Origin: Candidatus Berkelbacteria bacterium
GTDB lineage: Bacteria > Patescibacteriota > UBA1384 > XYA2-FULL-43-10 > 1-14-0-10-43-13
Assembly: GCA_037143235.1 (NCBI GenBank)
Contig: JBAWZC010000003.1
Coordinates: 25,192-89,191, forward strand
DNA length: 64,000 nt
Reading direction: 5' to 3'
Below the pieces are notes generated by a model. The model ran no database searches and was not told the DNA's origin. It saw only the letters and a program-made list of their open reading frames with translations. This document shows positions 38,460-46,847 of the stretch, one piece after another (position 1 is the first letter of the stretch; the number at the start of each line of letters is the position of its first letter). A program made the position numbers and the translations under genes.

Positions 38460-38583
38460 TTATCTCCTCTCCTTTTCAAGGAGAGGCAGGGTGAGGTTTA
38501 ATGTTTTAAAATGAAACCTCATCTAACCCATTCGACTTCGCTCAGGGCAGGACTTTCTCCTTGAAAAGGAGAAGAACCCTTAG
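38460..38583. repeat. Inverted copy of 3198-3290 element with a 27-nt TTCGACTTCGCTCAGGGCAGG-containing insert
   Basis: Reverse complement aligns to 3198-3290 apart from the insert. Confidence 0.88.
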
Positions 38584-38655
38584 AGCAATTAGAAATTATT
38601 TTTCTTCTCTCCTAGTCTTGACTTATGCCTAAGATTGTTTTAGTGTTGGGTCAAG

Positions 38656-39981
38656 ATGTTTAAATTTCTCTCCCCATACCTCGACCGTCAAACTAAAAAT
38701 AAGATCCACTTATTATTTGCGAAGTGGGCTGTCTTTTTGCATAGCAACCCCAGCAGCCGCATCAAAGTGATCGGCGTGACCGGTACTCAGGGCAAAACTA
38801 CGGTCTGCAATATGATTTCGAGCATCCTTGATCAAGCCGGCCTGACAAACGCACTGGAGACAACGATCAACACTCGCATTGCCGGCGAAAACATAGAGAG
38901 ACCAGCAGACTACCGCCGAACCACTCCCACAGCTGCCTATCTCCAAGAATTTCTCGACAAAGCCGTCAAGGCGGGCTGCTCCTATGCAATTATTGAAGTT
39001 TCCTCTCAGGCCATCGACCAAAATCGCATCCATGGCATCAAATTTCATTCGCTGGTTTTCACCAATCTGACCCACGAACATCTCGACTATCACGGCACCA
39101 AAGAAAATTATCTAAATACGAAACTAAAACTATTTAAGAACAATCCTGAGGCAAATTTTATTATTAATGCCGATGATCCTTCTTGGAATCGTTTTTACTC
39201 TCTTTCAGGCTTGCAGAAATACCTGTTTTCTATCAAAAAATCAGTTGAGCACGGGGCGATTGCTCGCAAGATATTATCCTCTCCCTCCGACACAACTTTT
39301 ACAGCAGTGTCTGACAATGGCCAAATCACGATCGATCTCAACATCCCTGGGTTGTTCAATGTTCAAAACGCTTTAGCGGCTTTTTGTGTCGGTATGGCTT
39401 TGGAAATCAGTCTTGAAAATATCAAGCGCGGAATCGAAGATATTCGTCTAATCGCTGGCAGGATGGAACCAATCAGAGTGTCTAAACACCAAAATTTCAC
39501 CGTTTTGATCGATTACGCGCACACGCCCGACTCACTGAAAAATGTCTACGAGACCGTGAAAGAAAGCATCAAAAACAGTATGGGGAGACTGATCGCTGTA
39601 CTCGGGGCCACAGGCAATCGCGATATCTCAAAAAGACCGATCATGGGGGCGATGGCAGGTCATTTTGCTGATCTCGTCGTCTTTACGAACGAAGATCCTT
39701 ATGACGAGGATCCAGTTGCTATCATGGAGGCTGTGGCTGAGGGTATTCACAAAGGCGCAGAGAAAAAGCATCAGTGGAGACTAAATCGTAACTATTGGAA
39801 GGTTATTGATCGAGCTCAAGCCATCCACAAGGCCATTAGAGAGGCGAAAAAAGGTGATGTGGTCATTATCACCGGCAAGGGTGACGAAAGCGTCATGGCG
39901 GTTTCTAGTGACAAATTTGTGCCATTCTCAGATCGAAATATCGCCAAACAGGAGCTATCAGAGATTTTTGGAAGAAAGTAG
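38656..39981 (+). CDS. murE: UDP-MurNAc-tripeptide synthetase
   Basis: GVTGTQGKTT, TTP, IEVSSQAI, FTNLTHEHLDYHG, GRME, IDYAHTPDSL, GNRDISKRPIMG, TNEDPYDEDP, TGKG. Confidence 0.93.
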   Translation: MFKFLSPYLDRQTKNKIHLLFAKWAVFLHSNPSSRIKVIGVTGTQGKTTVCNMISSILDQAGLTNALETTINTRIAGENIERPADYRRTTPTAAYLQEFLDKAVKAGCSYAIIEVSSQAIDQNRIHGIKFHSLVFTNLTHEHLDYHGTKENYLNTKLKLFKNNPEANFIINADDPSWNRFYSLSGLQKYLFSIKKSVEHGAIARKILSSPSDTTFTAVSDNGQITIDLNIPGLFNVQNALAAFCVGMALEISLENIKRGIEDIRLIAGRMEPIRVSKHQNFTVLIDYAHTPDSLKNVYETVKESIKNSMGRLIAVLGATGNRDISKRPIMGAMAGHFADLVVFTNEDPYDEDPVAIMEAVAEGIHKGAEKKHQWRLNRNYWKVIDRAQAIHKAIREAKKGDVVIITGKGDESVMAVSSDKFVPFSDRNIAKQELSEIFGRK

Positions 39982-39983
39982 AT

Positions 39984-40046
39984 AGCAAATTGTTCGATTG
40001 CTGGATTGCTAAACTGTTAATCAGCTTACTAGCTTAAACACTTACT
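39984..40046. repeat. 8-bp periodic tract plus AGCTGGTAAGTGTTTAAG family motif (also ~6394, 32676, 41627-41667, 42728-42755, 49143, 51155, 51481, 56357)
   Basis: gcaaattg ttcgattg ctggattg ctaaactg; gcttaaacacttac. Confidence 0.7.
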
Positions 40047-41037
40047 AGCTTTCTGACTTACCGGCTTGCTCACTCTCTTTCTCTTCTGCCTTTTTATCAT
40101 GAAATTTACGATGAACATCGCGCAGGTGCTGATCGGTCACATGAGTATAAACTTGGGTCGTCGTGATCGAGGAGTGACCAAGCATCGACTGAACACTCCT
40201 GATATCGGCCCCGTTTATGAGCAGATCAGTAGCAAAAGAGTGACGCAAAGTATGCGGAGTCACTTTTTTTGTAATCCCCGCTTTTTTCGCATATTTATGG
40301 ACAAGGCGCTCTACAGAGCGGACCGAGAGTCGAGAGTGTTGGCTCGAGATAAATAGTGGCACTTCAGCTAATTTGGAAAACCCCTCAGGCTCATAGCCAC
40401 GAGTGGCGAGAAAATCAGCCAGGGCTTTCTTCGCACTTTCAGAGAGAAAAACTACTCGAAATTTCTTGCCCTTGCCCAAAACAGCGATCTCGTCACGCTC
40501 AAAATTCAAATCTTCAACATTTAGTGAGACCAGCTCAGAGACTCGTAAACCAGTCGAGAAAAGGAGGTCAAGTAAGGCTTTGTCTCGCAGACCAGCCTCG
40601 TCAGCCGCTGGCATGGCTAATATCTGGTTAATCTCGTCACCTTCAAGAAAACTAATCTCACGCTCGTCAGCTTTGGCCACGGTCACCTTTTCGGGCGACA
40701 CAGTCACGATGCCTCGGTAGGCAAGGTAACGAAGATAAGCCCTTACAGCCAGCATGTGGTAATTCTGGGTTGATTTCTTTAGCATCTCCCCCTTTTGATC
40801 CTTGAGCCTGTTTACATGCAACCGATATTCTCTAATGACTTCCTGTGTCAGGTCGCTCGGCATGATGACTGCATGTTTTTGCGCCGCTTTATCCTCTGCC
40901 TTGTGCTTCTTCTCGTCAACAAAAATGAAAAAACGATCGATATAGCGATTGTATGCCTCGATAGTCAAGTTCGATTGATTTTTCTCGAGTTCACAGTGCT
41001 CGAGAAATTGACGCTTGAGCGTGTAGAGATCTTCCAT
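40045..41037 (-). CDS. xerC: XerC/XerD-like tyrosine recombinase
   Basis: RDKALLDLLFSTGLRVSEL, GKGKK.R, TPHTLRHSFATDLL, VQSMLGHSSITTTQVYTHV; xerC versus xerD not resolvable. Confidence 0.85.
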   Translation of the reverse strand: MEDLYTLKRQFLEHCELEKNQSNLTIEAYNRYIDRFFIFVDEKKHKAEDKAAQKHAVIMPSDLTQEVIREYRLHVNRLKDQKGEMLKKSTQNYHMLAVRAYLRYLAYRGIVTVSPEKVTVAKADEREISFLEGDEINQILAMPAADEAGLRDKALLDLLFSTGLRVSELVSLNVEDLNFERDEIAVLGKGKKFRVVFLSESAKKALADFLATRGYEPEGFSKLAEVPLFISSQHSRLSVRSVERLVHKYAKKAGITKKVTPHTLRHSFATDLLINGADIRSVQSMLGHSSITTTQVYTHVTDQHLRDVHRKFHDKKAEEKESEQAGKSES

Positions 41038-41592
41038 TTACCTCCAGTTTTTTTGAGCCTTGGAGATGATCAGATAGGACAAAATACCAGAAAGGATGCC
41101 AAAAAAGGCGCCAGCGACAATATCTGTCGGGTAATGCAAGCCAGTAGCGATGCGCGAGACACCAATCATGAGTGCGATTACAAAGAGAGCCAGACCGAGT
41201 CGTTTATGACCGTAAAGGAAGATACTTGTTGCAACAGCAAAGGCAACATAGGTATGAGCAGAGGGAAAAGAAGAAGCGCTGAGTTTCATCCCATCAATAA
41301 TAGGCTGAATCACCTCGCCAAAATGGCTCTCAAAGGGATGCGGCCGACGCCAAAAAATAGAGATAACAAAGTCTGCAAGGGCGGCGATAGAAAGAGCAAT
41401 AAACGCACAGAAAAACGCTTTGATCGTCCCTCGCCAGATCAGGTAAACCGAGGACAAGATGATCAGCACAATGCCATATTTGGAAAAGAAGAAGAAAATA
41501 TATGATAGAAAATGATGGTCAATCTCGAGACGATAAAAATAGAGATAGATGTGATAGTCCCAAAAGCGCATTTTGTCGAAATATGTTTCCAT
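41038..41592 (-). CDS. PAP2 phosphatase (BcrC-like undecaprenyl-PP phosphatase)
   Basis: RRPHPF, SFPSAH, SRIATGLHYPTDI; start reassigned to ATG 41592 because the longer ORF reads through repeats. Confidence 0.88.
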   Translation of the reverse strand: METYFDKMRFWDYHIYLYFYRLEIDHHFLSYIFFFFSKYGIVLIILSSVYLIWRGTIKAFFCAFIALSIAALADFVISIFWRRPHPFESHFGEVIQPIIDGMKLSASSFPSAHTYVAFAVATSIFLYGHKRLGLALFVIALMIGVSRIATGLHYPTDIVAGAFFGILSGILSYLIISKAQKNWR

Positions 41593-41685
41593 AAGAGTAT
41601 GATAACACAAAGATTGACAGCTAAACAGCTGGTAAGTGTTTAAGTCTGTAAGCTGGTAAGTGTTTAATCTAGCAAGCTTTCTCGT

Positions 41686-41778
41686 TGTCATTGCGAGGAG
41701 TCTGCGACGCGGCAATCTATCATTTGAAATGCATGATGGATTGCCGCACTTTGGAAAACCCAATAGCTCGCAATGACA
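41686..41778. repeat. GTCATTGCGAG..GCAATC / GATTGC..CTCGCAATGAC palindromic element (half copy 42579-42611)
   Basis: Terminal inverted repeats tgtcattgcgag / ctcgcaatgaca. Confidence 0.85.
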
Positions 41779-41843
41779 AACATTTTGTATTCTTCGAGCC
41801 TACCCGCCCCTCGTAGTTTTAATGTAGTGGGGTTAAGAACAGC

Positions 41844-42524
41844 CTAAATCTTAACTTTCTCTGCCTCTCCTTGGTAATCTTTGATCGGTTGATAGACTGG
41901 GTCGAGTAATGCTGCTCGATCAAACGCTTTTTTAGCTTCGGCGAGATAGTTTTTCAAAACGTTTTTGTCCGTCTTCAAGTTAGTTGCCGCTCGCAAATTC
42001 GCAATTCCGAGATACAGCCAGCCGTCACGATAAGTATCATTTAGCGCAACAGAACGCTCAGCGGGAATAATCGCGTATTGATACTGCCCTCTTCCGATCA
42101 ACGACTGCGACAATATGGTCAGATCATAATATTTTTTATCTGTAACAGTCGATTCTGAATACAGTTGCAACGAAGCTGTTGCCTTCTCTCTTTTGAAAAA
42201 GTCTAACAACTTCGAAATGTCGCCGCTACCCTCCACGGCCAACTTTTTCTGACTTTTCGCTACTTTGTTGCTCGGCTCGAGCAACGAAGCCTTGGCATAC
42301 GACAGCTCGGCCCAATTGTATTTTGCCTCGAGCAAATATTTATCACCAGCGCTGATATAGTTAGCGGCCCAAGCGTGACGAATGGGCTTGGTCAACAACG
42401 ATAAGAAGGAAAGTCCTATCAAAAAAATGAGCAGATAAACTGCCGTTTGGTACCAAATAGGTGCCTTTTTAATCTTGACCAAACGATCGAGATAAAGTTT
42501 TTTGATCAATACTCTAGTATTCAC
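41844..42524 (-). CDS. Membrane-anchored TPR-like protein
   Basis: N-terminal TM; YAKASLLEPSN, DGWLYLGIA, AFDRAALLDP. Confidence 0.7.
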   Translation of the reverse strand: MNTRVLIKKLYLDRLVKIKKAPIWYQTAVYLLIFLIGLSFLSLLTKPIRHAWAANYISAGDKYLLEAKYNWAELSYAKASLLEPSNKVAKSQKKLAVEGSGDISKLLDFFKREKATASLQLYSESTVTDKKYYDLTILSQSLIGRGQYQYAIIPAERSVALNDTYRDGWLYLGIANLRAATNLKTDKNVLKNYLAEAKKAFDRAALLDPVYQPIKDYQGEAEKVKI

Positions 42525-42757
42525 TCTTGTCTATTTTATTTACGATTTATAATTCTTCTGTCGTAGCCGCTTTTATTTTGTCATTGCGAGGAGTCGGCGA
42601 CGCGGCAATCTATCATCTGATCTGTTTCCAACAAGTAAAGCTTGATTTACACACTGTCGTAGCCCACGCTTCAGCGTGTTTTCCCTACAAGCTAAAGATT
42701 GAGCTACGATTCGGAAGAAGAATTATCAGCTTATAAGCTTAAACACTTACCAGCTCC

Positions 42758-43564
42758 CTACTTCATCCACCCAACCACAGCCAATCCAATGACCAATGCT
42801 CCGAGCAGGATGCGATAATAGAAGAAGATCGAGAAGTCCGCTTTCTTGAGCCAAGCAAGCAAAAAACGAATGGCAATCAAGCCCGAGACGAGCGAAGCGA
42901 AAAAGCCAAGAACAAAGGCCAAATCCATATGGATTGCCGTGATCTTTTTCAGGTCAAAGACAAAAGCGCCAATCATCGCCGGTGTACCAAGCAAAAAAGA
43001 AAATCTGGCTGCTTTTTCGCGACTAAGACCGAGCGCGCGTGAGGCAACCATTGTGATACCAGACCGAGAAACGCCGGGGATCAGGGCAAGAGATTGAGCT
43101 AGACCAACCAAAAATGATTGCTTATACCGAATATCTTTTGTCTCCAAACTCTTGCGAGCATATTTATCGACTAAGAATAGAACAAGACCAAAGACGATGA
43201 GGTTCGTAGCCAATAAATACGGTGAATGCAGCTTACTTTCGACAATATCTGCTATGAGATAGCCGACCGCTCCTGCTGGGATAGTTGCGACCAAGATTTG
43301 CCACAAAAAATTGCGCGGATAATCCTCAGCAGTGACAGTTTCGCTATTATCTAGAGCGAGAGAAATTAGTTTGGCCCAATCTCGCCAAAAATATGCGACG
43401 ATGGCCACCACGGTGCCAAGATGCATCGCAATATCAAAGGACAGCCCCTGATACTGCCAATGGAAAAGACTGGGCACGATGACCAGATGAGCCGATGATG
43501 AGATTGGCAAAAATTCTGTAAAACCTTGGATGATGCCAAGTGTGATTGATTGCAAGTATTCCAT
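42758..43564 (-). CDS. uppP: Undecaprenyl-diphosphatase
   Basis: GIIQGFTEFLPISSSAHL, HLGT, ALIPGVSRSGITM, AARFSFLL. Confidence 0.95.
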   Translation of the reverse strand: MEYLQSITLGIIQGFTEFLPISSSAHLVIVPSLFHWQYQGLSFDIAMHLGTVVAIVAYFWRDWAKLISLALDNSETVTAEDYPRNFLWQILVATIPAGAVGYLIADIVESKLHSPYLLATNLIVFGLVLFLVDKYARKSLETKDIRYKQSFLVGLAQSLALIPGVSRSGITMVASRALGLSREKAARFSFLLGTPAMIGAFVFDLKKITAIHMDLAFVLGFFASLVSGLIAIRFLLAWLKKADFSIFFYYRILLGALVIGLAVVGWMK

Positions 43565-43763
43565 GGCATCATTTTATCAAAGTTCATTTCGAAATGCCAA
43601 AAAGATAGAAATAGCTAGCAAGCTGGTAGACTGCTCCGCAGATCGTAGCCCACGCTTTATCTTGTGAAGAAAACACGCTGATCCTGCTGGTCAATAGACT
43701 GGACTGAAATGACTGTGAAAAAATATCTACAAAATTCTTGCAATCGAAATAAAACCTCGCCCA

Positions 43764-43813
43764 CAAATCTGTGTCAAATATGAAACGGCCGTTTCATATT
43801 TGACACAGATTTG
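43764..43813. repeat. Perfect 50-bp palindrome downstream of PaaX/Cas2-like gene
   Basis: caaatctgtgtcaaatatgaaacgg|ccgtttcatatttgacacagatttg. Confidence 0.95.
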
Positions 43814-43907
43814 AGGCAAACGATCGGGATATACGAATACGATTTGCTACCCCATTCTATTTTATAGGCGAGAATATGTTATCAAGGAACATAATATTTG
43901 GAATGAT

Positions 43908-44450
43908 CTATTTCTCCAACTTTTTTTTGATGTAGCCGTCAATATCTGACGTCGAAGAGACAATATAGATGATATAGTTCTCGACTCCGTATTCCCGCGC
44001 AGCTAGTTCGATCAATTCGCTCACATCGTGGTCTATCACCCACAGACTCTGTTGAATTTGCCGAAAACCGAGCCTCTTGATTGTTTTTCTGAACTGATTC
44101 CGTTTGGTTGACATTGCCTCGGGGATATCAAATGAAATAAACCGATGTACGCCATCTTTCCTTGGGACCAATTTCTCAATTATTTTCAATTTTGCCTTGT
44201 TGGTGAACCTAAACGAATCAGGATGATTTGCATCTTTTTCAAGATAACCGTGCCGTGTAAGATTACTAACTTTACGACTAAATTGGTCACGAGAATAATT
44301 GCTACCGCCATAATACAGATTTCTGTAAGCCGCTTTTTTCGAGATAAATGAGGAGCCAAGGATTTCGAAGGAGGCTGCCAGATTCTCCAAAAATAAAACA
44401 ACAGCACTTTTGAGATCACCTTTCTTGAGCACCACTACCTCCTCGCGCAA
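43908..44450 (-). CDS. Stand-alone PaaX-like protein (wHTH + Cas2-like ferredoxin domain)
   Basis: VSNLTRHGYLEK..FRFTNKAK wHTH; FISFDIPE..RNQFRKTIKRLGFRQIQQSLWV. Confidence 0.85.
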   Translation of the reverse strand: MREEVVVLKKGDLKSAVVLFLENLAASFEILGSSFISKKAAYRNLYYGGSNYSRDQFSRKVSNLTRHGYLEKDANHPDSFRFTNKAKLKIIEKLVPRKDGVHRFISFDIPEAMSTKRNQFRKTIKRLGFRQIQQSLWVIDHDVSELIELAAREYGVENYIIYIVSSTSDIDGYIKKKLEK

Positions 44451-44525
44451 TTAATTAATCGCCCCAACTACACCTAGCATTAACAATTCGCCTTATACAT
44501 AAATATTACTTTTGCTTAAAAAATA

Positions 44526-44556
44526 TGTCAAATATGAAACGGCCGTTTCATATTTG
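44526..44556. repeat. 31-bp copy of the same palindrome (28-bp perfect core) upstream of PaaX/Cas2-like gene
   Basis: tgtcaaatatgaaacggccgtttcatatttg. Confidence 0.95.
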
Positions 44557-44677
44557 TCGTTGATTTAAGGCTGATTATTCCAGATGCGTTGTATAGGGGT
44601 TCGCATAGGAAGTTGGACAGGAGGCTAGATGGAAGATCGTGAAAAAACAAACTTTTGAGGCCAAATATCTTGTCCCC

Positions 44678-44706
44678 TTGCAGCAAGATGACTTGACCTC
44701 TATAAT
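44678..44706 (+). promoter_or_regulatory. Sigma70-type promoter for T4SS-like locus
   Basis: TTGCAG-17nt-TATAAT, followed by GGAGGGA before ATG 44751. Confidence 0.6.
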
Positions 44707-44750
44707 ATATTTATCGCCACTGGGCACTAATTTTGTTGTATGGAGGGAAG

Positions 44751-46847
44751 ATGAATATACGAAATTTTATAGCCAAGATCCTCGTGATCTCTCTTTTTGT
44801 GACCATCTTGCCATATCAGCAGGCGATGGCAAAAAATGACATGCCAGCCACACCTACTCCAACACTTGGTGAGGGACAATATGATGAGGCAGGAAGCATA
44901 TGGGAGTGGCAACACGAAGATACTGATGGCGGAAGATGGGTTGTGATACACACTATTGCCCAAAAAGTTAACGGACAAATTGTTTACCACAAAATCAAAT
45001 ATGGACAAGATGCTGCAAACCTACAGACAACTTTTTCAATGGTAGACTATAAAAATGAAACTCGAAGTCTCGGCGGTCAATATTGGTTCAAGATGGAAAC
45101 ATATGACGACGACGGTGTTAGTGGATACAATATTTATATCTATATACATTCCAGAGGAACACAGAACCCACCAATACCATCGCCCTCGCAAACGCAAATA
45201 ACGCCGCCCGGTGAGTACAACCGAGACTTTGCTGATCCATCTTACCTCGGAACAATCGTGACATCAGCCAAAAAGGCTTACGGCCTTTACAAATGGGTCT
45301 ATACAGTACCAAAAGGCAAAATGCAAGACGCTGGGTATTGTATTGACAAGGGGCAGACAGCAATCGTGAGAGATGTCACTGGCGTGAGGCAGATAGAGAA
45401 TCTGGGCATGATAATCTTTGGCGCAACCACGGGGTACCGATTGGAAAATACATATACGAATGCCGCCGACGAAACAGCTATGTGTATGCAGCCAGTCATG
45501 AAATTTCAGTATGGCGACAAGACGAAAGCTGTGGAAAATTATCTAACTGCCACTAATGATTATCTAAACTCCAGAGATATCATAAACAAACCGAATGTAA
45601 CTGAAGAATTTATTACACCGGAGGAAATATCTGAAGCAGGCTGTAAATCTCCTCTTGGAAATGAGGCTGATGCAAAAAATACTTTCATGAAAAATTACGA
45701 TGAATATATGACCGTGCTCTGGGACAATGCCGTTGACAATAATGGCAACAGCATCGTTGTACCCGGAAATGTAAAAGACAAATACAAGGAAAACACTATC
45801 AATGCAATGAATGGCGATATGCCGGATATTACGAAGATTAATTCATTTAAACTACCCGGAGTTGATTGGGGTGGTATGTACCAACAATATTATGGAGGTT
45901 ACGGAATAAAAAACTATCCCGGTTCAGGGTATGGACCTGCCCCCGATGCGCAGTATCCCAACATGTTTTATGATAAAAACATGCTAGATCGTATGGATGC
46001 CCCTCTTAAACAGATTGAAAGTAGATGGAGCAAAAAACCCACACCAGAAAACGCACTTACGCTCCCTGACAAAAAGGTGATTGATATGGAAAAAACCCAA
46101 ATCAAGGCCGCCGAGGCGGTAACGAAGAAAAATGGTGGCTCCGTCCCAAATGGCGGGTTAACACTACCACAGGCCTCATGGATTCTAACTGGAGTAGCTG
46201 CAACCGGTCTTATCCTTGCCAAAACAGGAGTTTTTGCGGCGGCCTGGGGCGGAGTTAAGACCGCCGCTGTTAACTATGGAATTGCGATGTATTTAGATTT
46301 TGGTGTCGCCATAGAAAGTGCTGGAGCAACAATAGGAGTAGCTCTTGGTGCAACAGTAATTTTAATTGCTCTCGCGGTCGCTTTAACTGTTCTGGCAATA
46401 ACTTATGCCAACGTAGACAAATATTACAACCAGAATCTGGTAAAGGCACAGACAGCATTGCTTTATTCGACTTTCTTGGCAAGTAATGCGGCTGATTTCC
46501 ACGCTTGCATGCTTCAAAATTCAGTCAAGGCAAACAAAATGGACGCAGCAAAAGCTATTAAGCTTGGCTTAACCGACGAGAATGTTAAAAACGAGATGAT
46601 GAATATCGCTTATGGCAAGAATAATTATGCCAAATCGGTAGTGACAAATATAAAAAATGCTGGAAACTGCCCAGATATTAATCTTATGAATATGGGGCAG
46701 ACATTGCAAAGTGCAATTTGCAATGTCTTTTATATGCTCAACTCCCTGATTAATGTATTGGCCAACGGGGTTCGAGACTTTATGGTCAATAACATCTTGT
46801 CATTTAATACCCTAGGACCAGTACCAAAAATTATAAATACTGCATGA
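44751..46847 (+). CDS. Large exported hypothetical protein with Gly/Ala-rich hydrophobic segment
   Basis: Signal peptide (QAMA); ~75-aa hydrophobic stretch near C-terminus; translationally coupled to next gene. Confidence 0.8.
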   Translation: MNIRNFIAKILVISLFVTILPYQQAMAKNDMPATPTPTLGEGQYDEAGSIWEWQHEDTDGGRWVVIHTIAQKVNGQIVYHKIKYGQDAANLQTTFSMVDYKNETRSLGGQYWFKMETYDDDGVSGYNIYIYIHSRGTQNPPIPSPSQTQITPPGEYNRDFADPSYLGTIVTSAKKAYGLYKWVYTVPKGKMQDAGYCIDKGQTAIVRDVTGVRQIENLGMIIFGATTGYRLENTYTNAADETAMCMQPVMKFQYGDKTKAVENYLTATNDYLNSRDIINKPNVTEEFITPEEISEAGCKSPLGNEADAKNTFMKNYDEYMTVLWDNAVDNNGNSIVVPGNVKDKYKENTINAMNGDMPDITKINSFKLPGVDWGGMYQQYYGGYGIKNYPGSGYGPAPDAQYPNMFYDKNMLDRMDAPLKQIESRWSKKPTPENALTLPDKKVIDMEKTQIKAAEAVTKKNGGSVPNGGLTLPQASWILTGVAATGLILAKTGVFAAAWGGVKTAAVNYGIAMYLDFGVAIESAGATIGVALGATVILIALAVALTVLAITYANVDKYYNQNLVKAQTALLYSTFLASNAADFHACMLQNSVKANKMDAAKAIKLGLTDENVKNEMMNIAYGKNNYAKSVVTNIKNAGNCPDINLMNMGQTLQSAICNVFYMLNSLINVLANGVRDFMVNNILSFNTLGPVPKIINTA

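Noticed and set aside
40045-41037. Prophage or ICE integrase
   Set aside because: Housekeeping Xer-like sequence, co-transcribed with PAP2; no phage genes, tRNA or att site seen
40795-41505. 236-aa plus-strand ORF
   Set aside because: Antisense to the Xer recombinase and PAP2 genes; no recognisable motifs
41593-41763. N-terminal extension of PAP2 ORF
   Set aside because: Reads through repeat elements; a -10 box and ATG at 41592 give a normal-length protein
43764-44556. CRISPR-Cas locus (Cas2-like gene plus repeats)
   Set aside because: Only two repeats about 750 bp apart, no spacer array, no cas1 or effector genes
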